Of a DNA stretch of 64,000 bases, positions 13,431 to 25,300 are shown piece by piece. The notes below the pieces were generated by a model. The model ran no database searches. It was not told the DNA's origin and saw only the letters and a list, made by a program, of their open reading frames with translations. Position 1 is the first letter of the stretch, and each line of letters begins with the position of its first letter. This DNA is from Schmidtea nova (Eukaryota), in assembly GCA_044892505.1 (NCBI GenBank), contig CM097882.1, positions 515,034,001 to 515,098,000 of the forward strand. The letters are read 5' to 3'. The position numbers and the translations under genes are program-made.

Positions 13431-13580
13431 ATTCGGCATCTGGCCATTCGGCATCTGGCCATTCGGCATCTGGCCATTCGGCATCTGGCCATTCGGCATC
13501 TGGCCATTCGACATCTGGCCATTCGGCATCTGGCCATTCTGTATCGGGCATTCTGTATCAGGCCATTCGATATTTGCCCA
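13431..13580. repeat. 15-bp tandem array (ATTCGGCATCTGGCC), probably the subterminal end of a DNA transposon fragment
   Basis: Seven near-perfect and about three degenerate units, ending near TAGAGTCACCC at ~13610. Confidence 0.9.
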
Positions 13581-13605
13581 CTCATCAGGACCATCTATAG
13601 TAGAG

Positions 13606-16600
13606 TCACCCCCCCCCCCGATAATGACCATAGACTAAACTTTTATTTTTACCCACCCAATTTCGTTTATCATCAGCGTTTGTTAATGCTTTTTTATTAC
13701 TTTTTACGCTAAACAACTGATGATTTTCGCTGGTTATGCGAAATTGGGGCACAGTGTAGATTTCATTATATAAATAACAATCAAGATATGATTGGTGTGA
13801 TAATTTAGTATCTTTGATTGATATACCTTTAGCCTTCATACTAGCTTTGCTACCTAATAAAAACTGTAGCATTTAGGTCTCAAAAATACCTATTCATCAT
13901 ATCCAAGGTCTTTACTCTCATCCTTAAATTTACCAATCACCGAGTCAAGGTTTCTTGAATATAATGAATGAGTCTGATCATAATTTGATGTATCTAATAG
14001 ATTATCTCTTATCATTGCTGGTAAGAGACAATCTAATTTACAATTTTTTATTTCTAGGAAAAATGAGTCGGTGTCCCCAGCAATAATATTGATTTGGCAA
14101 TTAAATTCATTCCTGTATTTCTCCAAATCACTATACTGCATCTGATACATGCGCAGTTTGGATAGATCTAGCACAGTTTGACCTATGTAACTAGGTCTAT
14201 CCAAACACACCGACTCCTTTCTCAATAAAACTGAAATTAAATTATTATCTATTTTTGTACTCTTCCGAAAAGCCGGTTTAGAGCAATATGTTTTTGTGCT
14301 GAATTGCACAATATTAAATTAATTCGTTTTTTAAGGCTTTCTACGGTTTTACCGTATAAACTGTTATTTAGTAGTTTATAATACTTTTTATCAAGTTTAT
14401 TTGTGGCTGAAGCTCTTAATTGTGTATTTGTGTCAATATATTTTTTGAATATATTATTTTGATTGAATTTATTGGCACGATGTACCTTCGATATTTTGAC
14501 TCCTATATTAATAAATAGTTGGAGAAGCCTCCAATGCAGAACGTAGTTTTTCTTGGAGTTGTGCGTGAGCAACAACTTCTCCACCTTTGAATGTGGTGCG
14601 CACATCTTTTCAGCTGCAACTGGAAAATCATCTAGTTTGTCATGAATCGACGACGGTATATCTAAATCTACCTCTAGGGTATAGCCATATGTAAGTAAAT
14701 CTAAATCTAATGTTTCACACTCTAATAATATATTATTTAATAAAATATCATCCGTTACCCATTTAAAATTACCCTCGGGGAGCTTTTGACTCAAAGCCCA
14801 TCCATACAGGTTGTTGATGTCAATATACAACAACTCAGTAGCATCACTGGTTTTGACATAGTGCTTATTAACAAAGGTAAGCCCTCCACGAATCCCTCCC
14901 TCAAAGAAATTATAAATTTCCATGTCTTGGATCAGCTTTATATGTTTGTCTAAAGTCATTAGTGCCGAACTCCAAGACATGCCAGGAATGCCCAAGAAAT
15001 TTAAGGGCTCAAGTTTATTATGAGCAAGTGATTTTGCTGAAAAAAGTCAGCCAATAGAAAAACATCTAATTTAAGATAGACCAACATGTAATCACAAATT
15101 TGTCTCTCGCCAAATATCTTTTGCCATTGAATAATCGGCCTCAGTTACATCTTTCCAAATTGGAGACAATTCAGTAATAGATAAAAGAGCATCTAAGCTA
15201 GTGGCAACATAATATGGGAAAATTCCTTTTGAATTTATGATAGTGCCTTGAAATTCCATTCAAGTTAAAGGTAAAGTATTTAAGGTCTTTACAGCTTTAT
15301 CTAAAGATTCACTTACAAATTGACAAGAGTCAATAAACTTAACTGTAAGTGAATCTATTCGCGCAAAAAGTGAAAGAAATTTTTCACTGGTTATTGGAAT
15401 AACGCTAATATTCCATGACTCATATTTTGAAAGCCCGAATTTGAGGATATGATGTAAATCATACCCTCTCAAATTATGGAAGACAACTGGTAAGGTATGT
15501 CGGATTTGCCTCGAAGCATTACATTTCATGCAAGCAGCGCCAGTGAATCGACCAGTAAAATGATCATGATCCCTAACTGGGTTATTTAAAATTTTCTTAC
15601 ACAAATAACAGTTAGTAGAAGCATCAAAAATTAACTTATCTGCGTCACTAAAAATTATTTTCTTTTGATAATTACGGTAAAAGAAAGGTGTTACAATTCT
15701 CTTACTAATATTTTCTACCTCTGAAAGAAACTCATCAACGCAATTAAGACCTAAAAAGTGTTTATAAGTTTTCGCCGGTAAAATTATTGATGAGTAACAA
15801 GCCAGCAGAAATCGGTAAGTGACGTTGAAAGTATTTAACATCTTTTGGTAATATTGCCTCAAAGTCGGCATAAATAACAAAGGGAGGAGTGACAGTTTTC
15901 ACCCAATCCTTAAATTCAAGATGTTTATTTTTAGGCAAAGTGTACAAATTTGTACCTAACTGATTTTTAGCACATAAATCTACATGTCTATTAAAAGAAT
16001 CATCGGTTCGAAAACCGTTAAGACATCTGGGACACCATTCATTATAAATACGGACGGCTGTAATTGCAAGATTTCTGCAATTTAAAAATTTATTTAAGTT
16101 AGTTATTGCAGCATAATGCTATGTCTGAGAATTTTTAAGTAATTATAAATTAATTGGTTTTCCCCCTACAACTTTGGAACGATAAATTATATCTATGAAA
16201 GGGTGTTTCATTACTTCCTCCTTATTTATGATATCTACTAAAGCTTTTTCGTCATAAGAAAGGACGTTAATTGCTAAGCCGGGATTTTGCATTTCAAATT
16301 TAGAAATGCTCGAAAGTTTCATCGGCATTTGTGAAGGATCAAATTTAAGATCTGAAAGATTATACGATGAAGGTCTATTTCGAGTTTGTCGGATAATTGT
16401 ATCATATTTTAAAATAGCCAAGACGCTATACACGAAACAAAAGTTGTCATTATTAATTACGTTAACAATACAAAATTTATTTTTTAAAGTTTTTGGGGTA
16501 TGTATAAATTTTTGGCCGCTTAACCTACTTATTTCCGCAAATTTTGTGACAATAAAGCTAATATACTCTATTTTATTAATTGTCCAGTTACTTCCCTTCT

Positions 16601-17552
16601 GATTAATTTTAATAATTTTTTCGTTTAATAAAGCAATACCTTCAATGAAATTATCGCTCATAGGCCTGGCAGAATTTGAAATGACAAAAGATTGTAATTC
16701 GTCATCTTTTTCAAACTCCACCTTCAGACAAAATTGAATTTTGACTGACCCCATTTGACTAATAATAGTATTTAATTTATTTAATAAGACATCGGGAACC
16801 GATACAGTTTTTAATATTAAGGATGAAACATCCATTTTAATAATCGAATGGGTACTGTTTAAATCAGTAGTTATTTCAGGTTCTAGTGAACCGCATCCGA
16901 TCTGATTATTAATATTATTATTATTATTTGTTGACATATTAATTATTGATGTGATATTATTATTTTCATTTGGTAACATATTAATTATTGATGTGTTATT
17001 ATTATCATTATTAATATTATTTGGATGTATTATAGAATACGAATTAATAATTACAGGAGTAATTTCATCCTCATCGGAAATATTAATTACTTCATTTTTA
17101 ATAAATTTACAAGGAATTGATTCCTCGTTTAAAATTTTTCGTTTATTGTTGCTGGAAAATTTTTTTTTACTAATATTATTATTATTATTTCCATTGTTGT
17201 TTGAGAAATTATTGACGTTGTTGTTGTTGTTGGAAACATTATTAATATTATTATTTCTATTGTTGTTTGAGAAATTATTGATGATGTTGTTGTTGGAATT
17301 ATTATTATTATTATTTATATTGTTGTTATGTATATTATTTTGAATATTAATTTTATTATTATTAAAAATAGCTTTTTTCGAACCAATATACTGAGTTAAA
17401 TGATATCGGTGTTTATCAAAAAACTCAGTATATGGAAGGGTTTCGTTCATTTTACAAACAGGGCAAATGAGGAAGGTGACTCTACTATATTTATACGAAT
17501 AGTACTTTTCCATAATTTGATGGCAATCATTATGTAAAGTATTATTAAACAT
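13606..17552 (-). pseudogene. polB: Protein-primed family B DNA polymerase (pPolB) with N-terminal extension; several frameshifts and stops
   Basis: NDNFCFVYSVLA, WCPRCLNGF, FVIYADFE (ExoI), RDHDHFTG..C..CN, VVFHNLRGYDLH (ExoII), LYIDINNLYGWAL (motif A), KLLNNSLYGKT (motif B), AGDTDS (motif C), KAKG and DDKR...YGHYR C-terminus. Confidence 0.95.
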
Positions 17553-17849
17553 AAACCTATTACGGAATAGTTTAATCTATTTTATCAGTTTAAACTATTA
17601 CATAATAGGATAATCAAATGTCAACACAAAGATAAAGTTTGTGTTTGAAAAATTACGCCACTGTGTGAATTGCGATTAACTAAATATCATAATTTATATT
17701 TAATGATTATGTCACCGTATCTAATATGATAAAGTGTTTTAATTGACATTAAAAGTATTGAAGGGTAGGTATTAATATCAACTTTTAAAAGATTATATAA
17801 TTATTATAACTAAATTATTATCATTAAGTTAATATTATTTATTAAAAAC

Positions 17850-17908
<59 letters not shown>
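17850..17908. repeat. (TTA)n microsatellite
   Basis: About 19 perfect TTA/ATT units. Confidence 0.95.
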
Positions 17909-17910
<2 letters not shown>

Positions 17911-18140
17911 ATTATTTTCAATAAGATATTAAATGTTTTTTATTATAACTTTTATTAATACTTTATAATATTATTGAAAATGAATACCATTACGTTTCTT
18001 TTTATAAAATATAATATTACTTTTATTATTTTATTGAATGTAATACTAATATAAAAAAATGATATCAGTTATTTGAAAATATTATTGAATATATTCATAG
18101 TTATTTAAAAATATTATTTAATTAAGGGAAAATATTAATA

Positions 18141-18717
18141 TTAAAATATCATAAAAACTACTATAAAACCATTATAAAAATTTAAAAATCTTACATTTTG
18201 TTCTACCATTCATCATGGAATTTATCGATGCATTATTAAAAAGAATTTCCATCATTGAAGCGTTATTTAAATTCGTCGCGGATACATTTGAAGCGTTATT
18301 AAAATTAAAATTCTTCTCGGATACATTTGGGGCATTTAAATGATCTATAAAACATTAAATAAAATAATAAATATACAAATATAATTTTACCGTTTCTATA
18401 AAAACCAATCCTGTTTTCATTTCCCGATACATTACTAGATACGTTTGGGACATTAAATTCCATCGCCGATACATTTTGAGCATTTAAATGTTCTATAAAA
18501 CATAAAATAAAATAATAAATATACAAATATAATTTTACCGTTTCTAAAAAAACCATTATTGTTATCGTTTCCGGATACATTGGTAACATTTCGCATATTA
18601 ATTCTTGACATTCCTAAAATAAATTACGTTTAAAAATAATAATAAAATAAAAAATAAATCCTTACCATTGAATCCATTGATGTTGGTATTTTTAACATTA
18701 TTGATATTATTGTACAT
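18141..18717 (-). CDS. Predicted spliced Asn-rich ~132 aa gene inside the Polinton (exons 18717-18666, 18613-18539, 18492-18391, 18344-18195, optional 18160-18141)
   Basis: GT-AG introns of 52, 46 and 46 nt (plus a possible 34-nt one), all phase 1. Internal exons are 75, 102 and 150 nt, and splicing gives a stop-free frame MYNNINNV...NGRTK. Confidence 0.65.
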
Positions 18718-19042
18718 TTTTTAATTAACGATTATAAGATGAATAAGAAATTTTGGGTTATAGTAAAAAGTGACTAAAATATTGAAAACATATCTTTATA
18801 TAAGATATATTGAATAATATTAATTGAACCAATGAAAATCGTTTATGAGAAGAAAAGATTCCCTCGCACACATACAACATGGATTTATCAGCTGTGTATG
18901 TATTATCATACACACATGTTATAAATACATGCTAACTCTTTATAATTTCCATTAATAGACACATGATTACTCATGCACGATGACCGCATAGGTCATGCAT
19001 TTCAATTGCAAATTATGTATTTCAAAGCAATTAAACATATAA

Positions 19043-19462
19043 TTAATTTTTTAAATAATCTAAAGCCCCCACCAAACACCCTTTATATGCACAATTTGTA
19101 TGATCTCGATATGGGCATGAAATATTGTCAGGAAAAGTTTCAACTTCCTTAATATTATACTTAATTAATCTTAGGGAGGGGAAATATCTTTTTAAAACAG
19201 CAAGTTTATCTTGATCAGTGACATAGAAAATTGCACCAACATCTTTAATTTCTTTCAAAATACAAGTTGGACAAAAATGATCTTCACCTTCATACCATTC
19301 TAATCTATCAGATTCACCAATTCCAGCCCAAAAAGGAACATCATTATATATCCAATATCTTGGCCGAAAAATATTATTAACATTCATAATACATAATTCT
19401 TTAATAATTATCCCACCGCAATTATCATTATAACCATAAATATCAATAAAATAACAAGTCAT
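19043..19462 (-). CDS. Small DEDD/DnaQ-like nuclease-fold protein of the Polinton
   Basis: Intact 139 aa ORF with YFIDIYGY...IIIKELCI and a C-terminal CPYRDHTNCA, resembling the Cys/His-tailed exonuclease-like ORFs of invertebrate Mavericks. Confidence 0.5.
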   Translation of the reverse strand: MTCYFIDIYGYNDNCGGIIIKELCIMNVNNIFRPRYWIYNDVPFWAGIGESDRLEWYEGEDHFCPTCILKEIKDVGAIFYVTDQDKLAVLKRYFPSLRLIKYNIKEVETFPDNISCPYRDHTNCAYKGCLVGALDYLKN

Positions 19463-19492
19463 TTTTCTAAAACATTTATTAAACTACATTGT

Positions 19493-19830
19493 TTATACTT
19501 TTAACATTGAATTAAGCCATGCAAGACAATGTTGACCACAAGTAATTGTTAATGGATGTTGATACCGAATTCGATTATATACAATCGGTTTACCCAATGT
19601 TTGTAGTCTACTAACTAATAAACCGGGGTAATAACATCCGAAGGGATCGAATGCATACACATTGCTTGGTTTCACGTATACAGCAATCCAATGTTCTCCA
19701 CCTAGAGTAGATGATTGAGTATTGACGACTATGGATTGGTTGACATCTAAATAAGAGATTTTGTCTAGTGGATATACTCCAATAAATTCACTTCCCAATA
19801 AATGTTTTCCAATTCGATTAACCTGAATAG
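19493..19830 (-). CDS. Adenain-like (C5) maturation cysteine protease
   Basis: FIGVYPLD, IVVNTQSS...GEHWIAV (His), FDPFG (Asp), YQHPLTITCGQHC (Gln/Cys). The frame extends upstream as SIQVNRIGKHLLG; the start codon is unclear. Confidence 0.9.
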
Positions 19831-19917
19831 AACTATATAAATAGATTTATATAATAAATAATAAAACTTACTCCATGACAAATTGTTAACTTTGACTTGT
19901 ACATTTATATTGATAGT

Positions 19918-20260
19918 TTAAACCAACACTGTTCGATTAGCAGTAATTTGAATTTCATTTTCAAATACTCCATATAATATTACATGTACTGGTGCTTCAA
20001 TAGCTTTAGAAAACTATATCCAATCTCAAATTTCCATTTTGAGGTAATTGACTTTGATTTAAATCGAAATTCGGAGCCAAAACAAATGTAAAGAAAAGGT
20101 ATTTGTTTTTAAAATCGGCTAGTGTTAAACCACAATTTAAATTCTTATCCCATATTTCTGAACATCGACTGCATATATGTAGTACAATAATTATCATTTT
20201 CAAAATCTTGAGTATATGTTTCTCGATAATCAGTGTTTTTCGATGAATAGATCACTACAT
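19918..20260 (-). pseudogene. Major capsid (double jelly-roll) protein, C-terminal remnant only
   Basis: YTQDFENDNY...SMFRNMG, LADFKNKYLFFTFVLAP, GNLRLDIVF-SKAIEAPVHVILYGVFENEIQITANRTVLV*, typical of the Polinton MCP C-terminus. Confidence 0.75.
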
Positions 20261-20466
20261 GTTCTATTTTCAATTCTTTTGTAATCAATCTTACATTGAA
20301 TATAAAATGGAAATCTGTTGTACACAATTGTGAAATCTTGCAATGCAACTTCCCAATTACCATCTAGATAAATCGGATTTTGAAGATTTACCATGAATTT
20401 ACTGGCTTGATTATCTGGATGTATTAGTGGACAGCTATTACTTGGCAGAATAGTATAGAAATTCAC
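20261..20466 (-). pseudogene. Minor capsid (penton) protein, N-terminal remnant only
   Basis: NFYTILPSNS...PDNQASKFMVNLQNPIYLDGNWEVALQDF, typical of the Polinton minor capsid N-terminus. Its GTG start overlaps the integrase TGA. Confidence 0.8.
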
Positions 20467-21517
20467 TTTACTAGATCTTTTGATGATATCCATGACGGGT
20501 TTTGATAGCCATGCCACTTTACGTAGTATTGTTTATCCTTACCCACGAATTTTAGTTTTTAATATTTTTTGAATTCTAAATACAGTAGGCGGAGGAATAA
20601 CTTGTAATTCTTGCTCGTAAAATTTTCCACTAACTACATTATTGTTGAGTCAGAAATAACATACATGACAGGATCTTGGCTAGTATTAATTTTTGAGATC
20701 TGAAATACCTCATCACTCCAATTACTATCAAGATTTTTGATGAATGGCGAAGCGCTAATCTTACTAATTCGAACATGATCACCAATTTTATATTTCGGTT
20801 TCTTTATATTAGTTTTTAATTTGTGAGATCCAGTATTTTTCGTTGAAACATCAACAGGTCTCAATCCATTTATACCTTTGTGTGACGAATGATTATAACT
20901 ATGTATTATTTTTGGCAGTACATCAATCCATGTTTTATTACCTTGATGCACAAAATACTTTTTCAATCGATCTCTTAATGTACGATTAAATCGTTCAACG
21001 TTGGCGGCTTTGAATTGAAAGAACACAGAATAATGATTAATCCCGGCCAAAACTTATTTAACTTTACTATTGTAAAATTCTTTACCTAAATTATAATTTA
21101 CAATGAACAAAATTAGTATATATTCTTACCCAAATCAGTTTGTAAATTCTTTGGACGACCGGACTTAAACATAGTTTTGATTGCAACAGCCATTTCATTT
21201 GCTGATTTAGTTTTAGTAGGAATAGCCCGAGCAAATCTATTGAAAACATCGATACATGTTAAAATATATTTATATCCCTTGTTAATATTTGAATAGGGTA
21301 TCATTTCCATCAAATCCATTTGCCACAAGTCATTAATGCCATATGTTTTATATGCTCTTGTTGGAAATCGTTTCAATGCCCGTTTGTTTAGACTGTATGC
21401 CAGTTGCCCCGATAACCATTTTTGAGTTTCTTTTTTCGAGTTTGGGACTTTTTTCTTTAGCTTTTCGACTCCACTGAAACCGACGGGATCTTTTGGGTTT
21501 GTCCATATCTTCTCCAT
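20463..21517 (-). pseudogene. Polinton retroviral-type integrase with C-terminal chromodomain, frameshifted
   Basis: DLWQMDLMEM, YKYILTCIDVF, LQTDLGK, KAANVERFNRTL, KYKIGDHVRISK, WSDEVF, GKFYEQELQ, FRIQKILK...YYVKWHGY...SWI. Confidence 0.93.
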
Positions 21518-21609
21518 TACAACAAGAAGAATTAAAATTCAATTTAAGATTGACCATTTTTGATTCGAGCAAAAACCGTTTGGAAATCATTTTTATTTTG
21601 ATCAAACAA

Positions 21610-22318
21610 TGTTTTTAGCAAAGAAGCGAGCATCTCGAGATTGTAATCACTAAATTGTCTTTCGTAATGAACACCACGTAACAGAACTGAAAGAGGCTCT
21701 CTGTGATTTGTTTGGCCATTGGTTTGAGATCCAGAGAACTGCGCACTTGAGGGATCTTGATATCATTATTGAGCTTGAATGTCAAGCTTTGCTCTGAAGA
21801 CAAACTCCGATACGATAATATGATTTCGACAATACACTGCTCGGTGCGATAATAAGTTTGATGCTTGAAGTAAAGTTCATAAAAATGTTCCACAAGCCTG
21901 GTTCCGAAGCATATCGACAACATCCTTTCTAGTAATCCAACGCAACCATTGACGAACGCAGCACAATCAGCCATATTTGCAATATTCAATAGCAAAAAAT
22001 TGATTATTCAAAATAATTCCTAAGCGATTCAAAATATTTCAAAGGAAAACTTCCCCACTTGATTATTCAAACAAAAACAATTCTACCAACTCAATTAAAA
22101 TCCATTAAATCACTAGAATTAAAATCAATTTATTCCTAAAAGAAAATGCGCACACCGACGCAAAAAAGCACAGCTCTGCGCACACAGACGCGAGAGTCTA
22201 CAAAAAATAACTAATGCGCACACAGACGCGGACACCAAATAAATATAAAAGTAACATGCGCACACAGACGCGTGTAAAGCTTACAATTCAACAGCCATTT
22301 TTCACTTTGGCTGAAACA
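21610..22318 (-). repeat. 3' LTR of the BEL element (~709 bp)
   Basis: Bounded by TGTTTTTAGC...GCTGAAACA (TG..CA with short inverted ends). The minus-strand PPT GGTGGGGGAAA directly precedes it, and four GCGCACAC(A/C)GACGC motifs lie at ~22146-22272. Confidence 0.75.
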
Positions 22319-25300
22319 TTTCCCCCACCTTGATCCCTTCTAGCGGATCAACCGACCAATTTAGCTCTAGAGGGCAAACCTTGCTTATAGGTCTCAATAT
22401 CTCCTTTCCTCTGCTAAGGATCTTTAACACCCGCACCTTTCCATCTTCTCCGGGACAAACTTTCGCTACTCGTCCAAGCTTCCATGATTTCTTGCATAAT
22501 CCGTCTTCCAATAACCAGATCAAATCTCCGGATTTTAAATCTTTTCCTTCCTTTGCCCATTTCCTTCTATTCCTCCATCCAAGAACAATATCTTGTCTCC
22601 ATCGTCGCCAAAATTTCTCGCTCAAATCCTGAATGATCTGCCATCGCTTTTTCATGCCGGTTTCAGTAAGCTCTATCTTCTCCTCGCTAAACCTTTTATA
22701 ACCGGGCTTGATAAAGTGATTCGGCGTCAATATTTCTTCTTCTTCCGGATCCTCACTCATAGTTGTCAGCGGTCTACTGTTTACCATATCTTCCGCTTCC
22801 GCAATGACAGTTTGCAGCTCCTCGTCCGTTAACTCAGCAACTCCAGCAACAGCTAATAAAGCCTTTTTCGCTTCCTTAACTAATATCTCGTACACCCCTC
22901 CAAAGTGTGGTGCACTGGGAGGGTTAAAAATCCATTGAGTACGTATCAATCTCCACTTTCTCAATTTCACTTGCGGCTCCTACAAAATTCGTCCCGTTAT
23001 CAGACAATATCAAAATGGGGGTTCCGCGAATGCACTGATAAAACTCTCTGTGTCCAGTTGGTGCGACATCTCTAGATGCACCGCTCTTGTCACGAGACAA
23101 GTGAATAAGCACAAATACCGCTTCGCTCTTCGATTCCCCCGCCCTCTTATGACCGTTGTTATTGGTCCTGCGTAATCCACCGCAACTTTTTTAAATGCCT
23201 CTAGAGGTTCATTCACTCTAAATCCAGGGAGTGGCGCCATTATTTGTTCCATTTTCCTTGCTCTTCCCTTTTGACAAATCACACATTCTTTTCTTATCCT
23301 TTTTATCAATTGTCGTCCACCAACAATCCAATACCTTTCGTTCACTTTTGACATCAAATACTCCATACCCCCGTAGTGATTCAATGACTGATGTATCTCT
23401 AATACTATTAACCGAGCCACCCAACCTTTCCCTGAGAGTATGATCGGATACTTTGTCGCCGGATCCATCCAAGTTGCATTTGCCAAACGTTTCTCACTCC
23501 GCGTTATTCCGTCATCCCAAATTTTGGGGCATAATGATTTTAGTGCACTCTCCGATCCCACGAACCTACCCCTCTGAATCTCTTTCCATTCCTCAGCAAA
23601 CTCAATTTTTTGATCGTCAAGGATCAATGTGACCTCCGCATCTTCAATTTCTTCACTTGTAAGTGCCCCATTTTGCCGTTTTGTTTTTTCTCGTTTTATA
23701 TTCTCAATGAATCTTTTCAGCCATGCTCTTGTACGAACCAGTCTTCTCCATTAGGAGTAGGTCTTTGGGTCTAAGCAACTCGTTTTCCAAGCTGACTCTA
23801 AATCATCTCTTGTCGTGGTAAGGAAATAACTCTGTATCCAGCTCTGATTCTTAGTCTCCTGGGCTCGCTTACTTTTCCATTTTGGCCAACTGTCTTCCTC
23901 CTCCTGCAGAAATCTTGGTCCTTCAAACCATACCTTGGAATCTCTAAGTTCTTCTGCTTTCATTCCCCTTGATAGCAAGTCTGCGACGTTTTCTTTCGTT
24001 GGCACATACCTCCACTGTAATCTTCTCGTTGTTCGTTGAATTTCCGCGATTCGGTTCGCAACAAATACCTTGCAATTACGCCTTAATTGCGTTATCCAAT
24101 ACAAGACGTCTTCACTATCCGTCCAGAAGGTGATGTCTTGCATATTTATCTTCAAACATTGTGATACCTTTAGTCCTAATTTCACTCCCAATTCAGCTGC
24201 CAATATTTCCAGTCGCGGAACGCTCACTACCTTAATTGGCGTTACTCTGGATTTAGCTGCGATTAGGTTGGTTTTTACACTTCCCATTTGACTCTCTCTG
24301 ACGTAAGCTACGGCCCCATATGCGCATTTTGAGGCGTCAACAAAAATATGGACCTTCCACTCATTTTTCGTGTCTCCAATTAAACATCTTTCGCATCTGA
24401 TCTCATTTAAAATTGCAAATTCTTTCAGCCACCCTTCGACTTTCCTCAGAAGATCTGGTGGCAATAAGTCATCCCAATCTGTACCAGCTAGCCAAATCTC
24501 TTGCATCAACAACTTACCTTTAATCAGAAAGCTTCCTGCTAATCCCAATGGATCAAAGATTCTGGCTAGGCAACTAAGAAATCCTCGTTTCGAAAGACAT
24601 TGTTGAGTTGGTGGTTTGACATCGTAACTAAATTTATCCTCTGCCGCAACCCAAACTAGTCCCAGGGTTTTTACTGCCACTTTGTTTTCCTCGTTCAAAC
24701 TTAAGAGTTTTGATATCCTCTTCATAGGAATAGTTTCTAATACCTTTTTATTATTAGTGAGCCATTTATTCGTAACCATTCCGGCACTTTCCCAGATACT
24801 AATAATTTCATCCTTGACTCTGATCGCTTCCTCAGACGATTGAAAAGAATCCATCGTATCATCCATGTACGTGGACTCCATTATTATTTCTGCCGCCATT
24901 GGAAACCTTTCTTGAAATTTCTCAGCATTTCGTCTGGTGACTAACTGCGCCAGAAATGGAGATATGTTTAGTCCGAAGACTAACCGTTCAAATTCAAATC
25001 CCTCAGTTTTTCCATTTTCATTCCAAATAAATCTTAAATATTTTCTATCATCTGGATTCACCTTTATTTGAAGATACATTTCTTGTATATCACAAGCAAT
25101 CGCCACCGGATGTTTTCTGAATCGTAATAATATCTCGAATAAATCATTTTGTAGCTTTGGCCCTTGCTCAATAGCATTATTTAAATTAATACCATTACTT
25201 TTCGCTGCAGCATCAAAGACTATTCTAATCTTGGTTGTCTCCTTATCCATCTTAATCACAGGAAAATGTGGCAACCACCACTTTGTCTCACCGAATTCCT

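Noticed and set aside
13319-13712. Repetitive ORFs (MARCR, AIRHL, SGHSA, WPFGI, NGQMP)
   Set aside because: All frames are open only because the 15-bp repeat lacks stops.
16951-17343. Leu/Ile-rich plus-strand ORF resembling a membrane protein
   Set aside because: Antisense shadow of the Asn-rich (AAT) tract in pPolB.
18305-18589. Track ORF with CPKC motif and hydrophobic stretches
   Set aside because: It reads through two 46-nt intron-like segments and changes frame relative to the exons; the spliced model explains the region better.
20467-20517. MAWLSKPVMD... N-terminus of track ORF 20230-20517
   Set aside because: It is an alternative frame of the integrase chromodomain; the penton-like sequence begins near 20466.
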